A stretch of 64,000 nt of DNA from Guillardia theta CCMP2712 (taxonomy: Eukaryota > Protista > Cryptophyta). Position 1 is the first letter of the stretch, and every line of letters begins with the position of its first letter. A model generated the notes under the pieces. It did not search any database. It was given only the letters and a program-made list of their open reading frames with translations, and was not told where the DNA came from. This document shows, piece by piece, positions 36,446 to 47,740 of this stretch. Where the stretch lies: the NCBI RefSeq assembly GCF_000315625.1, contig NW_005434659.1, positions 590,181 to 654,180 of the forward strand, in the 5' to 3' direction. The translations under genes and the position numbers were made by a program.

Positions 36446-39400
36446 ATGAGGCTGCGAGCACAGAGGAGGTCTGAACAAGGCAGACAGCAAGACAAGTTCT
36501 CTACTGGTACACCAATCCTTTCCTGCTGCCCTCTCTCAACGTCGCTTGACATTCCCTTCAGGTCTTGTTGACCTTGTTACAGACAGAGTGAAAAACCAGT
36601 TGTTCGGTGTTCTCACCATTGTACTATTTCCTGTGATTCTTCTCAATGTTTTAGTTGATGTCTACACTAGCAGGTGCTTAGAACTTTATCTCTCTGCGCG
36701 TTGTCTAACTCGTCTATGCTTGTTTTTAGTGTTTTGATTGGCTGGAGCGATCACGTGGTGACAGGCCTGTCTCTCATGCAAGCACCAGATAGCATGATTA
36801 TGGGGGAATCAAGCAGTCAACCACTTATTTTCCTTGCAACAAACACATATTCTCTGCCCGTTTCTGGTATATATCTTTCTGAAGAGAGAGTGATTGTATT
36901 CATGTCATGTTGACTCAGGTAGTGTAATCACTGTCCAGATCCTCAAGTTTTATCCCGAGCCTCAGTATCACTTCTGTGGAAGTCTGAACACAAACAGCTT
37001 TGCAGCTGAGAGACTTGCTGGAGTGTGCAATCCTTCATTAGCTGGCAATGTTATCATATCAAATATCTCCGGATATGCAAATTTCGACCAACTCACATTT
37101 GTAGGAGGTTTGTATTGAAATGTCACGAATATTAGAATCTGAATCATACTGCAGGTGTGCCTGGAACATTTGTATTGAACGTTTCGTCGTATTACGAACA
37201 GAACCAGACCGATTACCTAGGAAATCAAGTGACTGTTTCCATAGTGTCCACGTCTGTCACTGTGCCCATCAAGGTCTTGAAGAACACCAATGTCACATTG
37301 TCGTCGTTGCAGAGTGCTCCAGATGTGGTGGAATATGGATATGCGTTCAATGGTTACTACCGTATGTGTTCAGGTGTTGCCGGGCAAAGCACTGATTGCA
37401 CCTCGACCTTTCAAGATGAATATTTGCCACCTCGAGTGAGGTTGGATTATAAAGGAAATCAATTGCTATCAAACAACACGATGGTCACTCTCTTTCTCGT
37501 TACCAACTTCAGCGAAATTGATATGCAGCACGTCAAATTTCCCATGACAAAGAATCCCCATGGTGTCGGATCTGTGGAGAAAATGGCGAGATTGAGTTGG
37601 GGTGTTGGTGCTGAATTTGTCATTTCCACGATGATTTCCAGCTCCAACGTTGTAAGTTTTGATGATTTCGTCGTCCAGGGCTCCAACAATCCAAGCCTCT
37701 TCTTTGCTTTCTACAGCTGTGGTGTCTTTGAACTTTGGAATTTCAAGATGTGGATCGATGGCGTCTGGGCGGTACGGGAAATGCTCTTGATCCCTCCGTT
37801 GGATGCTCGTGGACTTCGGCCAGGGGACGGCGAGAGGTGGGTTGGAGGCATCGCACCTTCGAGTGTGGGATCCGATGGAGTCGCTTCTGGGGATCAGTCG
37901 TACCTACCTCAACTTGAGATCTCTGACTTTCCCAAGCAAGTCACGGAAGGTGAAGTCTTCACCGTCACGGTCAACGTCATCGCATACTTGTACCCACGAT
38001 CGTTGGGCAAGTACAGCCTCGTGAACGGAGTCATTCTTTTTGCTGTGGCTGTGCCAACCATGGCAGTCCCGGCCACCTCAAAAGAATCCTTCCTGTCGAA
38101 AATCAAGTACCTTGAAAATGGAGTTAGCAGTCCAAGCAATAAGAATGGAGCTATCTTTCAAAATCTTGCTTTCAGTCTGGATGGACTTGAGGGTACATAT
38201 CGGATTCGAATATATGCTCAAGGCCAATATTATATTGAGACTGGGGATATTGTTGTGAGCTCGGTTGTAAACACAATCTTGTTCAAACTTCCTTCAACCT
38301 TCACTGGTCAGGTTGATGGTTGTTCACCCCCACTCAACTTAAGTTCGAATCAGGAATTCTGTATCTCAGCAGAATCTTACGAGAAGGTGTCGACCTTACC
38401 GTATTTGTTGGCCTACCAGTGTAAGAAAATATTTTCTCTCTCGCAAAGCTGTGAAATCACTCCAAGACAATCGATCTCGGTAATTCTAGAAAATCAGTCG
38501 GTACCATTCGAATATGCAGACAATGGCACCATTCGTTGGACAAATCTTCATGCATCCAGAATAACCTTGAATGATGTGCAATACAATCTCATTCCTGATA
38601 AAGCAAGGTATGAGTTCACTGATATCAGAATAATGAGCTTGTTTCGTAGCCAAATGAACATCATTTTCCGTATAGGTCAAGTTGAAGCCAATCAAAAAAT
38701 CTCTCTAATTGTGAACACTTCAAGACTTGACACTGCTGTAAAATTCTGCAACTATGATCCAGTAGGATACATCTCTGTTATTTCGTCGTCAGCAGACCCT
38801 CTTGCTACCGTATCCTACCCGGGCGGTCTTATGAAGGTCACGATATTCGCCGCTACAACCACAGGACAGCCAGCACGAAATCGTTTCTTCTGTCTTCGAT
38901 TCTTTGAGCTAGATTGGCATGATCCCTTTGCAGATCATGTCAGAGATCAAGACAACTATCGAATATTTCAGTCAGAAAAGAATTTCAACCCCTTTGCAAC
39001 CCTTTCAAACCTCACTTTTCACAACTCATCTTGTTTTCCTACAGATCAGACTGGCACTGGGAGTTTAGACTTTTATTTTGATACTCCTGAGCTCAAGTTT
39101 CGTTCAGGTTCTTATGCTTGGTACGTGGAGTCAGCTGAAAATGAAAGTGGGCAAATCTATCAAAGGTTTGGAAATATTTTTTATCAGAAGTATCAATGGA
39201 CAAGCAGAAGCGAAAGTCTCAAGTGCATCTATGAGAAATTCGGTGTTGAGATACCTCTTGCCCGGACCAACTCATACTATGTGTACTTGCGCAATGGATG
39301 GAAATCTCCTCCCACAGAGGTGCTTGCAACTTCCAGGTGGCCTCAGCCGAACCCTCCGGACGGGTCCTCATTCTTCCCGCTACGAAGTAGTTATTATGGT

Positions 39401-42400
39401 GCACTTGAGGCTAGGATAGCGAGTGTCGAAACGCCGTACGAATTCTGGGTCAGAATTTATGATGGAAACGCGATCTCTGACGTGTTGCTGTTTCCGTCAG
39501 GAGTGTCTGTGACTATGTATATGGTATCGGCTCCCAAAAGCTTTCCTGCAACGTTCCAAGCTTGTTCCCAGTACATCACGAATAACTGCTACTCTCTCAC
39601 TGACTTCGATTTTACTTTGACGTCTGTAACGGATTCGTTCGGTTATGCACGTTTTCAAATCTCGTCAAGTATCAAATATCAAGGGATCTTCAGGTTTGTG
39701 CTTACCATCGGCTCTATCGGTCAATCAGGCAGCAACTTCTTCTCTCAGGTCTTTGAGATTGTCTTCACCTCCTCCCTCAAGGAAGCCTTTGATTGCACCT
39801 CCGCTCAGTCGCTGCTGTCTTCCGCTCAGAGATTAGCTCCTGCTGTCAAGTATTACAACGCATGCCCCTTCCGAAATCCTGATGCATCCTGTAAATGGAA
39901 TTTTACTGTTTGTGACTTCGGGTATCCGAACATGGTTTGGAGATCAAGCAAAGCTCTGCCTCTATGTCTGCCGCTAGCAAAGAACATCCGACATCCACTC
40001 ACAGTCTACCTTGTCAACGATCACAACGAGAGCGTGTATGATCAAAATTTGGTTGTACTGGGAGCTGGGACCAGTATGCCTCAAGTGCATCTTGCTCAAA
40101 TGATTCAAAGCGATTCCAATGGTTTGGCGGTACTGGACAACTTCACTGTTGACTTCGCTTTGAAAGGGCCGATTTCGTTGACGGTGCAGCTCCCTCCGTT
40201 TCAATCATCTTATCAAAATATTCCGCTCTCACAACAAGTTCTCACCTCTGGATTGTCAGCTATTGATGATGAAGTTCACGCTGATTTCCTGACGCCCCCA
40301 CCTTCTGTTGTGATAATCGGGAGAACCATCGGCCCTGCTCTCCAAGTCAGGATCAAGGTCAAGAGCAAGTGTCTCTCATATCCAGGCGAGCTGGGAATCG
40401 GGTGGGTCCCTCCCAAGCTTGAGGTACGATTTGTTTCATCCTATGAAGCCAACGGCTCGGTGCTGCTGCTTGTGAACCAGTCGGTTTCAATCGCGTCAAA
40501 CTCCACCGATCCAGTGGTGGAACCTCTGAGAGGAGCAGCGGTCGCGACATTTGCCAACATGTCAGTTCAATCAGGACTACCTGGTAGATTCAAGTTTCAA
40601 GTTGTCATCCATTCTAGCAAACAGGTTCTGTTGACAAGTCAACTGGTGAGTCTGTTGACCACCGCCAACGCTCTCAGAATTCTTGATCACTTCCCGTCAG
40701 TCATCAGCCCGCACCTTTCTTTGCAACTCAGAGTTCAGGTGAACTCCTTGTCAGGGACGCCCTTGGCGAACGCTTTCGTTTACGCTGAGGTGATTCCATA
40801 CAGCAATGAGAACCAGCAATCTCCAGCTTCGAGTCTCAACACCTCCAACGTGTCTGCTCTTCTTGATCTCAACTCTTCTTTATCTGTATCAGATACAGAT
40901 GGAACATGTCATTTTCTCCTAACATTTCAATCATACACTCCTGGGCGTTTTGTCCTAGCTTTCAGCAGCCAAGGGGTTGAAAAGATATTTTCTTCGCCAT
41001 TCAGTTTTCAATCACCGATAGCTGAGATGAAGTTCTTGTCAAAACCTGTCATCTCTTCAGTCTTCCCTGAAGTCTGGGTGTGGCCTCAGATCAAATCGAA
41101 TCGCATTCATGTAGGGTTCAACACTCACGCAAGAGCCGGTCCGATCTTCAATCTCCCGTCTAGCATGAAGGATGTGGTCAAAGGTAAGCGCCTGAGCGGG
41201 TTGACCAAACTTCTTACTTGGATACTGCAGGTTCTCTTCCTTCAGATCCGGGGCCTGTGATCCAAGTCCTAGACCGATGGAACAAAGGCATCATCGGTCT
41301 TGTTTTCAACGTCACCTTGGTCGACGCAAGCAATAACATTCTTCAAGTGGTGGAATCTGCGGTGGAGAGACAAACCTTGTTCCAGGACCTTGGCCTTCAA
41401 ACTCCTCAAGCTACATGCAGCTTTAACAACCAACAAGCCGCCTGTGCGGGGCTGTACGCATTTCCAGGGCTGGGTTTGAGCTCAACAGTGACGACAGGCT
41501 TCTACCGATTCCGATTCGATAGCGAGGGTATCCAACTCGTACAAGAGGACGAATTGTTCTTCGTGAACAAGGCCATGACGGACACGACCGAAGTTGATGC
41601 ATACATGTTGGGGACCATGCTAACGGGACTGATGTGCATCATCTTGTTTGAGATGAACAAGATGGATAACTTGATCGTAAACCAAAACACGTTCAAATAT
41701 GTGCAGAGTCAGAAGTTCAAGAAGCTTTGGATGGTAGTTGCAACAGGCTTAATGATGTTCTTGTTCTACGTCATTGTCACCTTCTACACCATGTTGAGTG
41801 AGAATAAGACTCCTCCGCATAAAGCAAACGGCATACTGAATGGTTCGGATTACATCTCAATGTATGGCTCGTTCGTTATCATGGTCGCAGTCTCCGCGTC
41901 TTGTGTATATTCCTTGTATTTTATGTTCCAGAACCGCCAAAGCTTTTCTATCAAGAACAATGACCTCTTCGTTCGAAAACTGTGCGCACCTGTTGAAATC
42001 GAACAAGCTCGAAGATTTTTCATAGGAAGCGTGAGAAATTTGATCGTCGCCAAGGATCGAGTGTCTTCTTCGCATGGTTTCTTTGCCAAGCTTTACGATC
42101 GATACAGATATCGACTGGGAAGGATCAAAAGGCTCGTCAGTGCGCTTTGGGAATGGCTCAAGAAGGTAAGAGGCTTTGCCAAGGCCACGTACAGGAGGGT
42201 CAAGTACAGTATCCCCTTGTTCAACAGCTTGTATTTCGGGTGGTTCGACATGACGATCGGGCAGAGGGTGCTGGGGGCGATCTGGCTGAGCGTGTTTGTC
42301 GTGCTCTCGTTCCTGGGCTTCGGCCTCTGGTTCTCGCACAAGCTCGACACGTGGCTGAGCGGCTTCTACGGGGAGTACGTCAGCACCCTGGTGGCCCTCG

Positions 42401-43674
42401 GATACGTCCCCACCGACTGGTTCACCACCAAGTGGCCGGACCAGCAGAACCTGTCGACGCTACGTCAGGTGATGATCATCTACTACGGGCGGTGAGGCTC
42501 TCTTGCTCTGCCGCTTTAGCTGACTCCTCACCCTCTCGTCTAGAACGTCAACGCAGGGGCAGCCTTTCTTCCAGCGGCTCTCTGACTCCGCTGCGATCGC
42601 TACCTGGCTCGCAACGGTCTTCTCGACGATCGCGGTGCTGGTTGGGGTTCTAGATATCTACAGATGCTCGAGGGCTTACCTGCGAGCTGCACGGCTTAAC
42701 GCCTTCCCGGCTCCGAAGAAGAAGATTCGAGCGACAGCTGCCAGCTCATACATCGGGTCGCAAGCTGTGCTCGCGCTGTTCGGCTGGTTCTTTTCCTTCT
42801 TGTTCTGGTTCACCGTCATCTTCGCTCTCTCCTGGGTGAGTCCATTCCTCGAGGCGCCAGGCGCTGAGCCCAGCGGTCGCAGGCCCCCATCAGCAAGTAC
42901 CTCACTCCCGCATGGCTGCCCTTCTTCATCCTCAGCTGCGTCTTCCTCCTCCTCTACCTCATCTTTGTGCGTATCCGCATGTTCAGGAATCCAGGTGCTG
43001 CCGTGGTAGCTGTCAGGCCGACGCTCACTCACTTGCCTAGGGATAATCATCGAGAGCCGGTCACAGTTCGCTTTCTCCGAGACGATCTTGCTTCTTCTCA
43101 ACCTCGCCATTGGCTCTGTCTTGTCTGTTCCACGGTTTTTGTTCAGCACCGTGGGGACGATCTACTCCTGGTTTCTGCTGCATCGAGGAGTCGGGCAGAA
43201 CAGCCTGCTCAAGCTTGGAAGTGAAGAGTTTGAGGTGGGTTGACGACCAAGGGAAGGAGCTACAACCAGGGAGCTGATGTTACTTTCAGGCTGCCGTCTA
43301 CGTCCATCACGTGCATAACAACGCCTTGCTGCGCTGCATAGTAGAAAGACTCCATGTCGAGGTCAGCCTTGGCGACTTCCCTCCGTCAGCTCCACCTCAC
43401 ACGTTCGCAGCTACGAAATCGCCGGACTATCCTGCAGATTCCTTCCAACAACATCGAGCCGGAGCCTCTCAAGAGGCAGTGGGTGGAGCTACAGGTGTGA
43501 TCCATCCGGTTTCACATCAAAACCTCAGCTTGCTTCCAACAGGCGAAGAGGAGGAGGCAGCGAGCGCTCGTCAAGCTCCTCGTCATGGTTCAAGCCATTG
43601 CACATGCCGATCAGATTGACTTGACACGCTCGCGGAAGCACAAGATGGATGCGATGAGTCATCCGCAGCATTGA
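36446..43674 (+). CDS. Giant STRA6-like multipass membrane protein with ~1,500-aa beta-rich ectodomain
   Basis: N-terminal anchor, then 1367-aa ORF rich in beta-strand/Ig-like segments and NxS/T sites. TM exons follow, with STRA6-like signatures AASSYIGSQAVLALFGW, QFAFSETILLLLNLAIG..PRF, YxAAVYVHHVHNNALL and a basic C-terminal helix KRRRQRALVKLLV. Family assignment is by motif memory. Confidence 0.7.
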
Positions 43675-43679
43675 GAGCG

Positions 43680-44560
43680 TACATGTGAGCTTGTAAGATC
43701 ATGTGAAGGTCAAACACGAGCACCTCTAGGCACGCTAGCCTTCCACTGCCCCCTTCCCTACTCGTCAACTCTCCCCTCCCTCGCTCCCTCCCTCCCTCCC
43801 GCCCCCTGGATTGCTCGAAGGTGATGGGTCTTTCCACGCCATTCTCTTCTCTTCGAGGAGCACGCTTCTCCGAGTATACCATCATTCTTGTCTGGCTTAT
43901 GATGTGCAAGCTGTCAAAGAAGCTAACATTTGACACGTTTAGTACCCAACGCATGAGTCTGCTTAGTGTGAGGGAGGGAAGATGGAGCAGGGGAGGCACT
44001 AGCATGAGTGCTCGAATGGTGCAGTCAACGTCTGACGCTCTTCCGATCTTCATGATCGCTTCGGGCAACAACCCCTTCAAGGAAGAACCATAGGCATTCC
44101 CTGCATGCTCTTTCAGCTCGCAACTTCAGTAAAGTCACTCACAGTGGATGAGCCCACGATGAGAGGCTTGCCGCCGTCTTGGGTTGGATGGAGGCCATAG
44201 CTGGCACGATATCAGAGTTCGAGGGCACGCACGAGTACAAAACCTGTCGTAAGGTCCAAAGCCTGGCTGCCAGTCGGGGACTCCAACATTGAGGTTGCCA
44301 ATCGCAGGTCCATAGGGTCCAACCTGTTTGAAAATGGTGACATCAAACCGAAGGGGGTGGTGGACGCGAACCTGCTGATTCAGGGATTGTAGCTTCTGAA
44401 TGTCTGCGAACATCTAGAGCGGGGAACGTCAGGCTGACGAAGGCAAGACAAGGTCTCTACGGGTTCATTTCATCGCAGCCTTCCATGAATTCTTGCTCCT
44501 CCTCACTCATCACATTCTTTTCCTGCCTCTATCCTCCTGCCTCCTCCCCCTCGCCATCTC
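43680..44560 (-). CDS. Hypothetical multi-exon gene
   Basis: Coding-like exons (MFADIQKLQSLNQQ; VGPYGPAIGNLNVGVPDWQPGFGPYDR) bounded by splice signals; no family recognised. Confidence 0.35.
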
Positions 44561-44755
44561 CTCCCCCTTCACCGATCGGTACTCTCTGCCATGCTTCCCC
44601 ATAATAGAAGTCCGTTTCAACGTTTCATTTTCCGTTGCATCATACCGTTACAAACCATTTAGGCCATGTTGAGGCGGGTTTGTAGGCGGGTTTGTAGGTA
44701 CTCGGGATGTTTGATTGACTATAAAGTCTGTAACAAACAGCGCATAACCTCCACC

Positions 44756-45199
44756 ATGTCGTTTGCTCGGACAAAGTCCACCATGTCAATGGCACGAACA
44801 TAATCAAACATGGTCTTGCGAACGACTTCTAACATGTCCCTTGCGCGATCTCCGTCCTCCGCAAACGTCATCTCGTAGAGACGTTCAACCTTTCCGACAG
44901 GTTGATACGAACCAAGTCTGCAGCAAGTTTTCGAAACACCATCGAAGCTGTCGTGCGCAAAGACATTGTGATCTCTCTCGAGCCCCAAGATGTTGTGAAA
45001 ACTCTAGAATCCAAGCTCTCTCGCAGGCAGATCTTTGTTCGTACAAAGGAAAAACCGAATCATTCTGTCTGTGCTCCTCGCGTTCGTCTCAGTCTGCCGT
45101 ACATATCCATCTATTCTCACTTTTCACCGGAGCAAGATCATGTCTGCAGGTGAGCCGCCATTGATCATCCCGTTTGCAGCATCTTCTGAGTGCAGAGGA

Positions 45200-45235
<36 letters not shown>

Positions 45236-45930
45236 ACGATGACGATGACGATGTCGACGACGATGTCGACGACCATGAGAATAATGATGATTGGAGCAAG
45301 AGAAAGGAGGCAAGCCTGCGGGCAGAAGATGACTCAGTGAGGGGACATATTGGGAGGAGGGAGTTTGAAAAGCGGATGAGAGGGGAGTAAGGAGTTGGAA
45401 GGGGGCAGAGGCTATCTTCGTACAACATGGTCCACATCAATGCTGTTGTCATCATTGAGAGATTTTTCCGATCATACCGCGTGCGCAAGCGAGGAGGAGA
45501 GTTGCTGGTCCTGCCTTCACCATACTCTGAGACTTCAACTCTTCTCCCTCACTGCCGCTCTCTTCTGTTTAGCTTTGCTCTCGTGCTCCCTCCGTCCTTT
45601 TCCTTGCTCCTGTTCTCATCCTTGTTTGCCTTCTTTCCATTTGGACTCTCCTTTCACTCCTTTGATGCAATTTAGGTTTCGAAACCATCGCAAGCATTGG
45701 GGGTATGTTCGGCCAGATTCAATGGCATTGAAAGAAGACACGCCTCAAGCGGTTGAAAAATGGGCTTGTTGTCCTCTGCCTGCTCTACTTCATCCCACCG
45801 CAGTTGCTCGCTGCTGGTTGTTGACTTCAAGAGCCTGGCCTCTCCTCCTGCAAAACCTTCGGGCCGAAGATCCATGTGCCTTCGTCGTCGAGATACCAGA
45901 CCAACGTGTTGATACTTGCCTCTTCCTCCT
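44756..45930 (+). pseudogene. Probable pseudogene with 9-aa N-terminal repeats and an IQ-like segment
   Basis: MSFARTKST-MSMART*SN-MVLRTTSN-MSLARSPSS with premature stops; later AVVIIERFFRSYRVRK (IQ-like). Confidence 0.35.
45200..45274. repeat. (GCT)n/(GAC)n trinucleotide tract
   Basis: Directly visible. Confidence 0.9.
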
Positions 45931-46163
45931 CTGTCATTCTCGTTGAGGTGCAAAAGAGTCGGCGAGGGAGGAGAGAGGAGAGGAGCATCGGTGGGTGTTG
46001 GTGACAAATCCGGAGTCTCTCATTTCTACATTCAAGTGATTCCTTCACCTTCTTCTCTACAGTAAGGCGTTAACAACAAGCACTGAACAGCGACTTGCAA
46101 CAAGCCCGCATCAGGCTCTGACAGGAAAGTCACAATTGCAAGGACACAATCGGACTCAGAGAC

Positions 46164-47046
46164 TCACCTAGTAAGCGATCGGTGAAGAAGATCCAGTACG
46201 AGGCCCATCTTGACATTCAACGCAGATAGGTCCTGCTTCAAGCCATCGAGCTGCTCATCGACCTGAGTGAATCTCGCGTCGACTTCCTCCTTCAGATCCT
46301 GCACAGCACCAAAAACATTCCTGTACGACGTGTAAATAAAAAAAACGGTATGCTTTCAGGCTCCACCATCGATGTCAAATTGAACTCAGACACGAGAGAA
46401 AAGAACTTGCTTAAACACCAACTGACCATCTTAAAGTCCTCTCTGTTGCCATTCATCAACAACCCCATCGCTGCAATCTTCGTGTCTTCGCCAATCATGT
46501 CATCCTTCAATACATTCTACAGCCGATTGACCTGGATCAGCTTTTCAAAGATTTTGCCTGGCGCCTTTGTGATTTCAAAGCAGACGTATTCCCCCTGCAT
46601 AATTTCAAAGTTCTCCTACGAGGCGCCCTCCTCATCGGGTTTGTTGACCACGTCCTTGAACATTGTTTCAAGATCAGTGACCCCATCAAAGGTCACGCAC
46701 ATGTTGGCTTGATACTTTGATATAGATCTCCAAAAAGAGTGTTGGAGACCTGTCACCTCTTTGCTGTTGTAGCTACCATGATTCAGTCGACTGATTTTGG
46801 CCGCATTCTTTCTTATGAGCCTACGTTTGGTGTCGTCATCCGGTTTGAGATCCTCCCATCGTTTGATATCCTCCCGTCGTGTAAAGTCTTGACTTGCACA
46901 CCTGAAGATAAAGCTTTCGTAAGGTTTCATCAGCGGGAGGTCGGCAGGAGATTTGAAGCACCTTGCCGCCCTGCATCCTCAGCAACCTTCGGGGCAAGCA
47001 GAGCATGTGGTTGCACCTCTGCGGCAAGCTCTGCCTGCGATAGCAT
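46164..47046 (-). pseudogene. Intronless pseudogene, PD-(D/E)XK restriction-endonuclease-like fold plus C-terminal coiled coil
   Basis: Conceptual product ..VTFDGV..YVCFEITK..EKLIQVNRL..AAMGLLMNG..PFFFIYTSYRNVF..DLKEEVDARFTQVDEQLDGLKQ. Stops at 46616-46618 and 46517-46519; frameshifts at the A8 run 46338-46345 and near 46930-46975. Confidence 0.5.
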
Positions 47047-47740
47047 GCAGAGAAAGGTACAAGGTAGCCGTGCACCTGATACAGCGAGAGGAGGTGCAGC
47101 AGCAGGAAGGAGAGCGCTCAGCTGCATTAATACGCTGAGGGGTACCAGGTGGGGTACCCCACCCCATCACCTTCACCCCTCCTTATGATGCAACAATAGA
47201 CCCGTGGAGAGGGGTGGAGGGGACCCCTTCCGTATTTCTCGGTGCTTCTCTCATTTAAATCTATTTTACATATAAAACTATTTTTGCAGTAGAGCGGTGT
47301 ATCAATATGCGACACAGGACAAACGACGTAGGCGGGAGGGAGGGAGGGAGGGAGGGAAGGGGGGGGCGGGTAGAGGACGGGATGTAGACGAGACAGATGG
47401 AGGAGAGGCAAATATGAGAGTTGCAACATGAGGATCTCTGAGCTAGCTCAACTGACAAGAGTATCGGGAATTAGCGAATGGATAGATTTAAAGCAGCTCT
47501 TGTAGAAGATGCGAAGTAAAGCCTGAGATGAGACGAGATGTGTACGAGAGCTGATATGAGGGATGATGAGTGAGAATTTCTAGTCCAAGTGGTGCCTTGG
47601 CATCTCATACATATCAGACTGATCGATTCTCGATGTGACTGCTTCCTGAGGCCATGTTTGCCAGGAGTAACAAACCTCGCCAACGTGTTATCAGCAAATA
47701 TCTAAAACAATATCTCAGCGGATTTCTCTTCTTACAACGA

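Noticed and set aside
28733-43674. Horizontally acquired or viral island
   Set aside because: Both genes have canonical short introns, host-like promoter motifs and eukaryotic domains; no integrase or terminal repeats seen.
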